A DNA stretch of 64,000 nt from positions 18,696,912 through 18,760,911 of the forward strand of contig NC_092675.1 in assembly GCF_964355755.1 (NCBI RefSeq), read 5' to 3'. The position numbers and the translations under genes are program-made. Source of the stretch: Antedon mediterranea. Its lineage: Eukaryota; Animalia; Echinodermata. The notes beneath the pieces were generated by a model. The model had not been told where the DNA came from. It searched no databases and saw nothing but the letters and a program-made list of their open reading frames with translations. Of this stretch, positions 24,790 to 37,279 are shown one piece after another. Within the stretch, counting starts at the first letter, position 1. Every line of letters starts with the position of its first letter.

Positions 24790-24890
24790 AAGGTTAGAAT
24801 TCAAGTTAAAAGTGTAACGCCTTCCGGATGAGACATTAAGCCAGTAATCCAATGTGCATCAGTGTATATGCTGTGCATAGAAAATAAAGA
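24790..24890 (+). mobile_element. Degenerate Deu-domain SINE remnant
   Basis: GCCTTCCGGATGAGACATTAAGCC...TCC..TGTG resembles the Deu core. Confidence 0.4.
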
Positions 24891-25597
24891 TTGGAAAATC
24901 TCCACTCCTATAATAGTCTCGTCTAAAGAAATCTGTTTTCAAAATAGTAAACATGTTTATTTTCTGAAAATATTCAATTCATTGTAATTTAGAACTCGGT
25001 AGTAGTAGGCTACCGAGTCGAGTGGTCGAGCAGAAAGGCAGACAAAATCACAGTTCAAATCACTTTCCTCTTTGGTTATGTATATATAAGTGGTAGGTAC
25101 CACTTAGGTAGGACTTAACATTTGTGATCTAGCTAATGTACACACTGGCTCATGTGTACGTACAAGTAAATGATTCATTGTATGAATGTGTACAACCCAC
25201 TGTAGCAGCATTCACTTCGTCACGGAAATCTATGTATGGAAGAAGATTATCTTTAACATATTAGTTTTTGCAATATATTCATAGATTTATTCTGTTGTTT
25301 ACTTACCCATACCTTCACATTATTTTCAATCTACTAATTCGGTCATTCAACATTATTTCATATATCACAATAGACGATCCATTATAGTTATTAGTATAGC
25401 CTACAGAGCTATATACAGTGTAATGATAGCCATATAATATAGAGTGAATATTACCCATTGTCGTATATATATATCTGTATTATTTAATGCACTGGTGTAT
25501 AATGATATGCTTACCTTTGTTGTGTAAACGTAAACATAACTACTGCCATTTAATATAACGCATAAATATCGTTGTTATAATAGGCTACTGAATATAA

Positions 25598-25793
25598 CAA
25601 CCGATTCTGCTACTGTCCCTAGGTGATATCTGTATAACTATAGAAAGTTATCCACGTTGCTATCTGCATAAATGCTGTACTTTTAACACCGTACACTGTC
25701 ATGTAGCACAGTGTCTGTTGAAAATTTACAATGAGTTTATTACCTTAAATAGTTATACAGATACATACCTATTGACAGTAGCAGAATCGGGTG
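25598..25793. mobile_element. MITE with CA...TG ends and 7-bp TSD (P-element-like signature)
   Basis: TIR CAACCGATTCTGCTACTGTC / GACAGTAGCAGAATCGGGTG extends imperfectly for ~45 bp. AATATAA flanks at 25591-25597 and 25794-25800. Confidence 0.8.
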
Positions 25794-26594
25794 AATATAA
25801 GAAGAGTATTATTTATATACGTTTGACATAACGTGAAAGAAATACAAATACTATATATATTTACATATATATTAATTAAGCTGGATAATTGATTTAATTA
25901 AGAACAGAGCATAGCATATTTTACAATTAGTGTATAACATCTGTCTTTTTCGTATTTTTCACAAAGCAGGAATATTTCCCCAATGCCTGCACCCGATTCT
26001 TCATGTACCGTATTATGTCTAGAGACAATAAACAACATTCAGTTTCTTGTTTCTAGACATGACACCGTAAGCTGTCCAATGTTACATAAAAATAAAGGCA
26101 CAATTACCTGCACCATGGTTCCACATTTGTAAAAACAAAAATACAAAGCAAGTATTTATGTATCAATTACTGTACAGATTTTTAAAATATTTTTTGCTCA
26201 CAAGATTTTTTAATTCTTTTGCAATTTAACGACAAAATAACACGTCTCATCGTTTAATAACAATTTTTATTATATCGTAAATCTGTTTGTAGAGATACGT
26301 GTTTAAAACCATCTGGAAAATGTACATACAGTACTCAACTTGCTATCTATAAAAGTATGACCCTGCCTACATAGATTGAAATACGTAGATTCAGTGACGA
26401 ATCGACGAATATTAACAATAGCGTTTACTATTAGATTATTAATTTAATTTTACTTAACAACACTACTATACGAAATATTTCAAAGAAACCGCAAATGCAA
26501 AGTTCTATCTTTAAATCCGTTATTTTAACAAATAGATTTTTTTATATTTCTTTTTACAATAGACACGTACCATGTGATATCCATTTACAGTGAA

Positions 26595-26744
26595 TAAAGC
26601 TCTGTCTGCGCTATCACACTTTATGATATGCCCATATATGGACATGATGATGTTATATCACTACCATATTTGGACATATTACTACCACATTTGGCCACAT
26701 CACACTTTTTTGTCACATAAAGTGTGATAGTAGACAGAGCTTAA
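26595..26744 (-). mobile_element. MITE family A copy (reverse orientation)
   Basis: TAAAGCTCTGTCTGC...TAGACAGAGCTTAA; internal CACTACCATATTTGG. Confidence 0.75.
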
Positions 26745-27268
26745 TACTTAACTATAAGATATTATAATGAAAGAAATTTAATTATACAATTATATTAATT
26801 ATATGCTTCAAAAGAAAAAAGATATTTGTCATTATATACATTATATACATTATCGTGACAATCTGTAATTATTAGAATAATTAATCAAATTCAATAGGTA
26901 ATTACTTTCGGGCGTTATTGCACAAACAATAGATTTTTGTTCAAAACAATGTTTAAGTTATACAACGACAAGTAAAAGAAAGATAATTGAGATGATTGGG
27001 TACATAATAAAATAAACATTTTCCAAATTATTTGTCTTATCAGGATATATTATAAAATGAACACATTAAAAAAAAAATTAGAATCCTCTTCTGAATAAAC
27101 AGAATATGAATACATCTACATTTTTAGAAACGTGAGTAAGTTACTCTACATCATTGTACCATGAGTTGCAGAACATTTTCATTCGTCGAATAATTTATAA
27201 ATTGTCGAATAAAAAAAAATGCATTTTTAGTGCTGAATTTGGCCCAAAATAGAACACATGAGTGGTTA

Positions 27269-27593
27269 AAATTTAATAATAATAATAATAATAATGTTCA
27301 ATTTAATATAGCGCAAAACGCATGGCGCTCCAAGCGCTGAACAATCAACAGAAAATGGAAAAAGGAGGAAACGAATAATGTTGAAAAGGCAAATTAAAAA
27401 GGTGGGATTTGAGGAGCTGAATGTGCATGTGATGGGCGATTCAGATTTCCTGATTGAGTTTGGAAGTGCGCTCCAAAGAACATCAGCAGCTGACCAGGAA
27501 AAGGCGTTGTCCATAATATTTTGTTGAAGGTCGTGTAGGTATAGAGCTAGTTGAAACCATTATAATAAGGACATATGAGCCCTGATAAACTCC
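27269..27593 (-). mobile_element. 5'-truncated L2-clade LINE 3' end downstream of the GPCR stop
   Basis: Minus-strand translation YYGQR/AFSWSAADVLWSALPNSIRK...LKSHLF, 3' stem-loop region AGCGCTTGGAGCGCC...GCGCTATAT, (TAT)n tail, and candidate 8-bp TSD AGTGGTTA at 27261-27268 and 27594-27601. Confidence 0.75.
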
Positions 27594-27667
27594 AGTGGTT
27601 ACCTTTTAAGCAAAAATAATAATGTGCATTTTAGTGGGATCACCAAAAAGGGTTTGAATCCACAATG

Positions 27668-28753
27668 TCATTGTTCTGGTGGTAGCATCATTAGCTCTTC
27701 TTTCGTCGAAGGAGCGGATTGTTTGATTTTACGGCAGTTTATTCCAACCATGATATAACGTTTAAGGTTAGTGTTCATAAGGCCATACATGATGGGGTTC
27801 ACGAAAGTACTGCTGAACCCGATGAGCTTTACAATGTACATTAAAAAGAGATTTCTTGAACTATCGTCAAAACTAAATATTTCTGTCTTTAATACAAAAC
27901 GGATCCAGGTAAGTACATGATATGGTAACCACGAAAGAACAAATACCAACACAATAAGAATAAGTACTTTAATGGCCCGCTTTTTCTTTTTGACATTTCC
28001 TGTTGTTACGCTAGAAATTCCATTTCCGCCTCCACCGCTGAATGTTTCCTTGAGCTGCCAAAGTTGACCAACAACTTTTGAGTAGAGAACGAAAATCACA
28101 AGAAATGGTAAAATATACAAAATAACCGTAAATAAAATAGTGTAGCTTTTGATGTAAACCTCCGCCCATGTCTCCTTACAAAACGTATATTCCAGTAGCA
28201 AATTTACCTTTTCAGTATCGCTAAATATAAACAAGGGTAATGTAAGCAATATTGAGAAAATCCAAACTATGGCCAAATAACCTAGAGCATGCCAAGATGT
28301 TTTTATCTTTCTGTCCTGGTGAGGATGACATATCACCTGATATCTGTCACCTGCTATGCAAATTAATGTCAGAATACTTGCTGCTATGGCCAATGCTGTC
28401 AAATAGTTTCCAAGTTTACAACCAATTGTGCCAAGTATCCAATTGAAACTTATGATCTCCACAACTGTGAATGGAATGCACACGCAGGCAATCAACATAT
28501 CAGCAACTGCCAGAGATGCTACAAGAATATTAGTTATCGTTCTCATTCTACGGTTGAATGTGATGATGTATATTATGACTGAATTTCCAATAAAGGCAAA
28601 CAGGAATGTTATTCCAAACAACGTACACAGAATAAAGCGAAGTTGATATGACAGACCTTTAAGGCAGTAGTCGCTGAATTCTTCCAACTCGCATCCTTCC
28701 TCAGCAGTTAAATTTAACTGACCTAGGAAAATTTGTATTACATCCGCAGACAT
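27668..28753 (-). CDS. Rhodopsin-family (class A) neuropeptide GPCR, QRFP/RFamide-receptor-like, 361 aa, single coding exon
   Basis: Seven hydrophobic segments with GN (TM1), TNILVASLAVAD (TM2), DRY, ECL2 Cys (CKETW), SWLPY (TM6) and NPIMY (TM7). NLT sequon, KKKRA and IGFS..NP resemble QRFPR from recall. First ATG at 28753 (the ORF-track start at 28786 is non-ATG). Confidence 0.93.
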   Translation of the reverse strand: MSADVIQIFLGQLNLTAEEGCELEEFSDYCLKGLSYQLRFILCTLFGITFLFAFIGNSVIIYIITFNRRMRTITNILVASLAVADMLIACVCIPFTVVEIISFNWILGTIGCKLGNYLTALAIAASILTLICIAGDRYQVICHPHQDRKIKTSWHALGYLAIVWIFSILLTLPLFIFSDTEKVNLLLEYTFCKETWAEVYIKSYTILFTVILYILPFLVIFVLYSKVVGQLWQLKETFSGGGGNGISSVTTGNVKKKKRAIKVLILIVLVFVLSWLPYHVLTWIRFVLKTEIFSFDDSSRNLFLMYIVKLIGFSSTFVNPIMYGLMNTNLKRYIMVGINCRKIKQSAPSTKEELMMLPPEQ

Positions 28754-28768
28754 TTTCCAAGACGTTTT

Positions 28769-28800
28769 CTGTAGAATAAAGTACAATATCGATTAGCAGA
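28769..28800 (-). promoter_or_regulatory. Putative splice acceptor 15 nt upstream of the GPCR ATG
   Basis: Minus strand CTGCTAAT (branch-like)...TTGTACTTTATTCTACAG|AAAACGTCTTGGAAAATG. Confidence 0.55.
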
Positions 28801-29734
28801 TTTAGCAGTTATAGTTTCAATAACAACAATTGAATCGCTTTTGTTTACGGTATTAGTTTAGTGTAGAATACATAAGATATGTTCAGATAAATAAAACTAT
28901 ACTCTCATCTCATCAATTTCCTTAAATATAATTTCTACATGCCAGATTGCCAAATAAAATATTGTTTTTCTCGTGACGGTATACGGAACGAGTAATTTAT
29001 ATGAAAGATTATTTTGCGCATGCTCATATACACAGGGAAGAGTGAAATTTCCCTGGTATACGTTGCGTTTGAGAAACGTCTTTTTGATAAAGTTTTGTAA
29101 TTTCAATGACCATTCATAAGAAATTACGTAGTATGAAATATCACAATAGGCTTAAATACATCATTTTGTATACTGTAGTTTATAAAATGAATTTCTATAA
29201 TAAAAATATAAAGCGGTCACTGTCAACAAACATGGTTAAACTTCAATTACAAATAGTCTTGAAAAGGTTATATTTTGCGTTACTTAACTTGGGTTAACGT
29301 AAGACAACATACATTTAACTAGTATATCACGATTTATGTTATCAATCTGCGGGTTACTTTGACAACTTTATACATGAAAACACATAAAGACACATAAATC
29401 TGCTAGTTAAAAAGCAGGAAACAAAAGGATTAATGTTCTATTATTAGAATTTCACCTTGATTTTGTTTTAGTTTTTAAAAAAATAAAATATTTAAAAAGA
29501 CACATGAAATATATATTACAATTTAATATGTTATTATTATGATTATGTTGGGGGCGTGGGCTATAATAATCACTAGTCACCTTGTAAAATTGCAATGATC
29601 CATACATGTTTGTCCTGTATTTGTTAGAATGAAATATTAGGATCATCTCTTATGGATCAATAGACCGAAATGGCGTACAATTCAGCTAAAAACAAAATAA
29701 ACCGTTGACAAAATATTCTTAGTTTTATACATGG

Positions 29735-30058
29735 AATAATCTATATTATATAACACCTATATAAATTCCTGTCATTTGATTGGACGAATGTGGGTCACAT
29801 GGCGTGCAATAGTACGCACTATTCAACGATCGTTAAATAGTACTTTTTGAAACATTTTTGTGTACGAAAAAAAAACGTCTAGATGTTATATAAAACAAAT
29901 AATGAATGTTTTGTATTCGTGTAATGGTACAAATAATGGCACTTGGTGAATGATGAAAGGTTATATCAACTCGGCTTTGCCTCGTTGATATAACCTTTCA
30001 TCATTCACCTCGTGCCATTATTTGTACCATTGCACTCATAAACATTCATTATTTGTAT
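29735..30058. mobile_element. Non-autonomous element with a long terminal palindrome (Crypton-type non-autonomous architecture)
   Basis: ~75-bp inverted arms at 29895-29970 and 29984-30056 around TCGGCTTTGCCTC; the 5' part has a GATTGG...GGTCACATG motif. Confidence 0.6.
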
Positions 30059-32119
30059 AGTATATTAACAATAATTGTAAAAGTTAACTTAGCTATGACT
30101 ATACTGTACATTAGGATCTTAAGAGGCGTAAATATTTTCTTTCTATTAAAACATAGTAATAATATACTAATAAACTATGACGCCTAACATGGCGTACTCA
30201 AAATGTGACGTCATAAAGTAAGTGCCAAGCAAGCTCTTAACACGTTGTCATTAAACTAATAATTAGTTTCCATAGGTTACGATACCTAATAATAAACCTG
30301 TAACACTTTGTGTTGTGATGATGATAAGTGTAAATCCAATTACACACTATTATCCATGGTCAGTGTTTGCAATGAAATAGCATAGCTTTCAAAAGGGCAC
30401 TAATAATAATTTATTATTTTTACTAAAACTTGTAATGTTTGTAGGCGTAATGCAAATTGTAATTGTATCATCTCCATCTGGATACTGTATTTACATATCT
30501 CAAAATGTAATATTATTCCTACTGATAATTGAGAAACTGATAACTGAGGAAATGATCCAATATCAAGACAGATATTTCCATCCATCTAATTTATGTGAGT
30601 ATAGTGCGTCACAATCAAGAAATGGATGTTTTAACCGTGAATCCCAAGAGGATGAATCATCACCCTTTCTGCTTTTATAAGATTCAAAACAAAAAGAATC
30701 ATCATAAACACTAACATAATCGATAGACACTAGACTCCAATTTATTTGGATAGAGATGTCAAAGCTTCATATTATGCACTTTAAGGCGTAAACAAACAAA
30801 AACAAAACATTTGACGAAATCGATTGACCTGAGGTTTAACTTATCACATCGACTTTCTGTTACAAGCATACAGTATGATTTATAGTTTGATAATTTATTA
30901 TTATATATATTACATAAACAAAGGCTTACAGTACCGTATATGAAGAGAATGCACATACAACAATTCAAACCAGTTAGAAATAGTATCTGCTGATAATGAC
31001 AGTACTAGACCTAGATTCTCCAGTGTATCTATGAACATATTATAATGTGCATCGTACCATAGACAAATTCATAATAATAATAATAGGGATCACATCAAAT
31101 TGTTAAATTCTAGCCAATTAATATAACCAGTTGTCATGTGAAAATATATGATTTTAAGATTTGTACTGAATCATTAAGATGCTAAGTCTAAGACTGAATT
31201 GGTTGGATGCAGAACGCATTCACTCATCGACGAAATAAGTTCATAGTTTCAAACATGGCAGTAATTATATTCTCATCATCAATTCTTTACAAATGGACAT
31301 ATAATACGGTATTAATGGATCGTGACAATGCTCGATGATCTTATCACTATATTTACTCACAAAGTATCTGCAAATAATCAGTGTATATATACCTGTAGTG
31401 TATGCTATATAGCAACGACCCTAATTTCATTGATTACAACTGAAATTAGATTCTTCGTGCTACAGGCCTACATTAAATAAATTGTTCCTGCATAACTGCA
31501 TCTTGCAGAGTGGACTAAGTGAGTTGGACTGTAAACTAATTGTAAATGACGTGCGCTCACTATTGTCCAAAACTATACAGATAGATAATTTGACTGTATA
31601 ATTTCTACATTTAGGAGACCAAAAGTACGCGTCAACATGCATATATACGTAAATTATGCGACCGGTTCAACCTCATGTATAATGTCCATTGTGCCGTCTT
31701 CTAGGTAATCCGTGTATTTGGTTGATTTTGTATATAGACTTTCCTTTAAAAGAGTGTTTTAATGTTAAATGTAATATTGTAATGACCAAATTAACTTGCG
31801 GAGAGACATGAATTGCTATAAATGAAACATTATAGATGAGTCAGCTATATCTAACATATTACATGATTACATTGACTTTAAGACAGCCGACACGTGTATA
31901 TACATACAAAATATATAGAAACATGTATAACCATGCAGAAAATGTTCGTAAATTACATATAAATACTTCAATCTCGTGTGTCCACATGGGAATAATATCA
32001 CATCATCAGCAATCAATTCTAGTTGGAAATCAAATACTCAGAGTACCACTTAGTTCAGTCATATTATAGTATTCATTGCTTAACATCTAGAAATAATCAA
32101 CATTTATTAAAAATGGGTT

Positions 32120-32465
32120 TGCTGAAATCCCGATATCAATTTGGAGGCACATCAAGATAAATTCAGCGTTAGCAGAATATCCTTGAAAAAAAAGACAAAA
32201 TCAAAGCTGATGAAATCCCAATGCAACAGTTTACCTGGAGATTTATTCGGCATTAACACAAAATACTTAAAGATGATAAGGCCTAAACCTAGTTAAATCC
32301 CAATGCCACACTTTACCTATTGTATTTAGAGTCACATCAAGAGATATTCAGCGTAAACAAAAAAAGCCTTAAAAAATATCAGACCAAAAGCTGATGAAAT
32401 CCCGATGCGACACTTTACCTCTCTGTAGATATATTCGTCGTTAACACAAAATCCTTAAAAATATA
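32120..32465. repeat. Degenerate tandem repeat, ~90-bp unit x4
   Basis: Recurrent AAATCCC(A/G)ATGC.ACA.TTTACCT and GATATTCAGCGT..ACAAAA..CCTTAAA blocks. Confidence 0.6.
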
Positions 32466-35400
32466 ACAATAAAAAGCTAACTTTTCAGCTGTAATGAAGC
32501 AGTTGAAATATATAAACATCATCACATCATTACTTATCTTTGTGCCAATAAAACTAGACAATTTGGCGAATTATAGTTTGCTTATCATTCTTAATAAAAA
32601 AAAAATGTTGTAAAAAATTGTAATAAAAAGCTACGTGATGTAATGAAGCAGAAATGTACATAATTATACATTATGAGAATAACTAGGACAGTAAGGAGAG
32701 AGAAAGATTCTTTATTTAGTTGTAATTACTGTATACACAGGTACCAAACACATTCAAACACACATCGATGAGAAAAATGTAACAACTTTCAAAAAAACTT
32801 TGAATAATCAACTGTAATCGGAACAGAATCATTTTTTTCCAGTACGGCAGTCATGCACATTGTACAACGTAATGCATCTTTTTTTAAATTGTCACTGTTT
32901 GTTGAACCAACACATTAATATTCTGTCATAATACAGTGAAATATCTACACAGAATGTGGCATGATTAATGTAAAAATAAGTATTATTGCTGTAAATGTCA
33001 TAATCATATTTGTTCAGCATTATTCAAACAACATTATAAAATTGATAAAAATGATTATGAACAAATTGAGTTGTTGTTCTTGTTTTGGAGAGAAGCTATA
33101 AACCCAGAGGAAAATTATCTAAATGTCTCCATTTTCAGCAAGATATTTAATTTCTTTTATATCAATAATAATGCTTTGTATTTAAAAACTAACCTGTTCA
33201 ATAATGTCGATCCAAATTATTCAGGCTAAATTCTTAAATTTTGGATCGTGAGCTTGGTGTTGAACTCGCCCTCAATCTGTATTATGAGACAAGAATAATT
33301 TAATAATTAATTATTGTTAACAAACGCATTAACTGACAGTGAGAGCAATTTTCAATAAATTTAGAATTAAAATAAAACAATGGGTAAAATAAAACATCGC
33401 ATTGCTGCCAAGTTCTTACACAATAGAGTGCTACTAAAAAATAAGACCTACTTCCAAAATATCCCTTGTTTAAAACGAAAAAGAGCCATAGAGTGAAACC
33501 AGTTGCATCCATTATAAAATGTTATCATGCAGACCAGTGGTCTAAATTGATAAAACCGCACAATACAAGAAGAGAGAGAGAGAGAGAGCCCTTCAAAAAC
33601 CCGTGCTCATTATTTTATGGGATTTAGTAGGCCTATGTTACCTTTTAATGATAGATGATGATGTTGAGATGACATTGTGAGAGAGACTAAAAATGCAATT
33701 TATTAATTTTACGATTCTTAATGTGTATAATAATTTAAAAAAAAATAACGTTGTGTTTTAGTGTTCTTATCTTGTCGAACTAAGCAAAACATTTATAAAT
33801 ACAGGTTATGGGCGTATACCATAATCTAAAGTAAAACCTTAATCAATCACTATTTTATCAAAAATATTGATCGAAAACAATAGGTAAGACTATACACTTC
33901 TTTCAGTATACGATCGCATTGAAAGTCTCTTAAATTTCTTGCGTGCCAATTACTCATTCGATTTGCCAAAGAAAGATTCTTTAACAGCCTAATCTGTAGC
34001 TCTTAAATACGTGTCATAGGTTTCTGTTTTGTCTCTAAATATGTTTTTTAAAAAAGCCATACATCAATTGGATAAAAGACGATTTATCTGAGATTGATTT
34101 CTGTTTAATATTAATTAAGAAGCAATTGATTGTCAATATTCTGATGTTATGGTTAGCGGCTGTGGATTTATTGCGTATATACAGTATATTTGACGGGTTG
34201 AAATTTATTCTGAAAATAATTGACTTTGATTTCAAGATCTTCTATCTTAAAATCACAATATTTATGAAGAGGTAAAGTAAAACGTTTCATCTTTCATATA
34301 TCATCCCCGTGGCTTGATTTATATTGTCAGAACAGTAAATAGTATAGCTTTAAATATTCCATTTCAATGGCCTAGAATGATTTTATTTCAGATATTTTCT
34401 AACCAAATTATTGCAATAATTTTCACGTTTCTGTAGTTATTTCTTAAACCATCAAAACATGTGCAAGTATAAACGGAGTTTATAATAAAAACATCAAATC
34501 AAATCAAAGTAGTCTGATCAATCAAAGTATTGATTTCTTCTTTCTTCTTCAACAAAAAAAAATCCACCTTGACAAAACAAAGGTACATAGGATATGTTCA
34601 GTTGTTAAACATAGTAATAGTAGAAGAAATAGAGAAATAATAATAAGAGAAATAACATGATTTTAATCATATTATACAGTTTGCCAACTTTACATTTCGA
34701 AAGTAAGTTATATAATGATTAAAACATATATTACTGTTGTACAATGATTTTATAACTTTATGTTTAAAATTTTACATTTTGGTTTATTTTAAGATTTAAT
34801 GATATACGAGTGGGGCAGGGGTTTAAAAAACATAATAAGACCGAATTGAAAATTACATCAAATTAATATTAAACCTCAAAATATTTAGTTCGTCATTGCT
34901 GTACTAATGAATGTAATATACTAACTAATAAATATATTCAGCAAATAAAGTGGACAAATTATGAATAGATAATAAATTGATTTATAATTAAATTATAATG
35001 GAAAGATTGATGTACGATCAAGCCGCACTAGACAAACCCTCAGCCATTATGTTTTGTACATGGACGCCAGGTAAAGTAGAATATAATTTAATTCTGAACT
35101 TGATTAGTATTTTTAGGAGCTATAGGCAAGAACGGCGAATACTTTACTAGAAATTACTTGGTACACATTTGTTGATTCTCTTTATTGTATCTCTACATCA
35201 CACATCTCCAGTATCATCGGCAAATTATTAGAACAGTGTCACCTACTATAGGCCTACATCACATGGAAAGCTGTATTATGTTAAGGTTAAAGCAGGCTTA
35301 TGGTCTATGAAAAGAATCACATGTGATGCATATGTGAAACTGTCACAGAATTTGCATATGATATACTGTAAAAACAGTCCCGAAAATCAGATACTACACG

Positions 35401-37088
35401 CAATACTGTAACACCAGGTGGCCTGAATAGAATCGATTAGAATTCCATTTTTTTTTTAGAAAGTTACTAGTTATCTTCAAAAAGATGAGAAAACATTCTG
35501 TGAAATCTCTATATTTTAGAAACCTTATCAAACTGTTTGGAAAGTGACTACTTCTAAAAGTAGATGAAAATGCGATCCGTAAAATCTCTATATTTTGGAA
35601 ACCTTTTAAAACTCAGAAGTATGGATCTCAAAAATTAAAATTTCTGAAAACCTAAAAGCAGATGCCTAGAAAATAAATAATAATCTTTAGAACTGGGTTA
35701 TACTAGCTTTTATGTGAAAGTTTGATTGCAATCAATCAATCTTCTGTATGAATTTGAGAAGAAGTAGATCAGTCCAAATTCTAATTTATAACTTAGAGTA
35801 ATGCGTCAGTATTGATATTCCATTTGTACAACAAAGCTCTGTATCCGTGATTAAATGGTGTCTTTTTGAAGTTCTGTATTCGTTGAAATACCTATTAATT
35901 TTCAGTACGAATTGAACTATCAACACTTATTACGTAAAGTTGAAATGTCATTGCCAACTATATGGCATTATATCGTTTCCATTATTTGACATCGACAATT
36001 GGAAAGAGTAAATTCGTTGCAGGGAACGAGAGGGAGCCACATGTGTATAATTCTATGATCCTATACTATTTAGGTAAAAAAAAACACAAGTAGGCACTAT
36101 GTGACAATTTCTTTGCAACACAAGAAATACATCAGCTAACATAGGTGGATTTTAGTATCCCATCCTGCTAACCATTATTAAACTATTAATATCTTCTCAG
36201 GCTTTCACGGTATTACCAATTTGTTGCATTATCAGGTTAGGAATTTGCAATCACCATTAGCACTATATCTAGTAATATGGATCAATGTTTTAGGATGGGA
36301 AAGAAAGTTTCAATAAATGTAAGCTTATTTTTATTTTCAACATCAATCAGTCACAAATAGAAATAACAATCTTTATCTGCATGTATTCTTGCTGCTTCAT
36401 AGATAGGCCTGTTACCAACGCTTGACATGAAATAGCCCCATCAGTTTCTTGTTTTTAGACCATGATGATCGTGTTAAACATAATATGTTGACGTAGTCCT
36501 AATTATGTCCGTAAGAAGTGTTATCTTCACCTAGCTAGCCAACTCTGAACTGTGACAAATTTGGCGGCACTGATACATCTATACATTAGGAAAGATAGGC
36601 CTATACTAAGTAGAATAATAATAAACACGACATGTCAATTATTTCGCATGGCGCTTTTTTGGTGCCTTCATATTGAATTCGTCAATCAATCGTGTACACT
36701 ATAAAATTCATCAGACTGTTTATGGTGCACAATCAAGATACATTTACTTGTTATTTTAGCCTGTATGTAAGAGACTGTGAATGGAAACTTATTGCATGTC
36801 TAATCATTGAAAATTTGAATCATCATCATATTTGTCAATTATAAGTATAATGTATAATGCATTGCACACTAGGACCTTTTAGATTTACACGTATCGAATG
36901 ATATCCTATGACGTAATCTGGATGATTTGCGCATGCGGCAAGTCAACTAACCGAAAACTTCTAAATTTGAGAACGTGTTCAGCGGCAATTTTGACGTCCG
37001 CTCTCTGATGATTGAGATAAAACGACGTCATGGCACTGCAGATGTTTACCAAAATCATGGAGGAAAATTATCTTGTACGTACAATATT

Positions 37089-37279
37089 TTGTTCCCAGTT
37101 GAATCACACGACGAAAAGGAACTAAAACTTGGTTCCCACTAACGTAACGCAAGAACATAAGCGCAACGCAATTGATACCAATAACAAACTATGGATGAAT
37201 CTCATTTGTCAATATCTTTGCGTTCCTAGTGGGAATCAAGCTTTAGTTCCTCTTCGTCGTGTGATTCAACTGGGAATAA
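37089..37279. mobile_element. MITE family B copy (37125-37243) at the centre of a ~33-bp-arm palindrome
   Basis: Outer arms TTCCCAGTTGAATCACACGACGAAAAGGAAC / GTTCCTCTTCGTCGTGTGATTCAACTGGGAA; inner TA-AAACTTGGTTCCCACTA...TAGTGGGAATCAAGCTT-TA. Confidence 0.75.

Noticed and set aside
27269-28753. GPCR plus L2 tail as a single chimeric retrogene
   Set aside because: The L2 fragment has its own candidate 8-bp TSD excluding the GPCR, and the GPCR has an upstream splice acceptor
32205-32420. CTGATGA motifs as hammerhead ribozymes (also 14586, 20038, 37005, 38726)
   Set aside because: No stem II followed by GAAA and no closing stems could be built by eye
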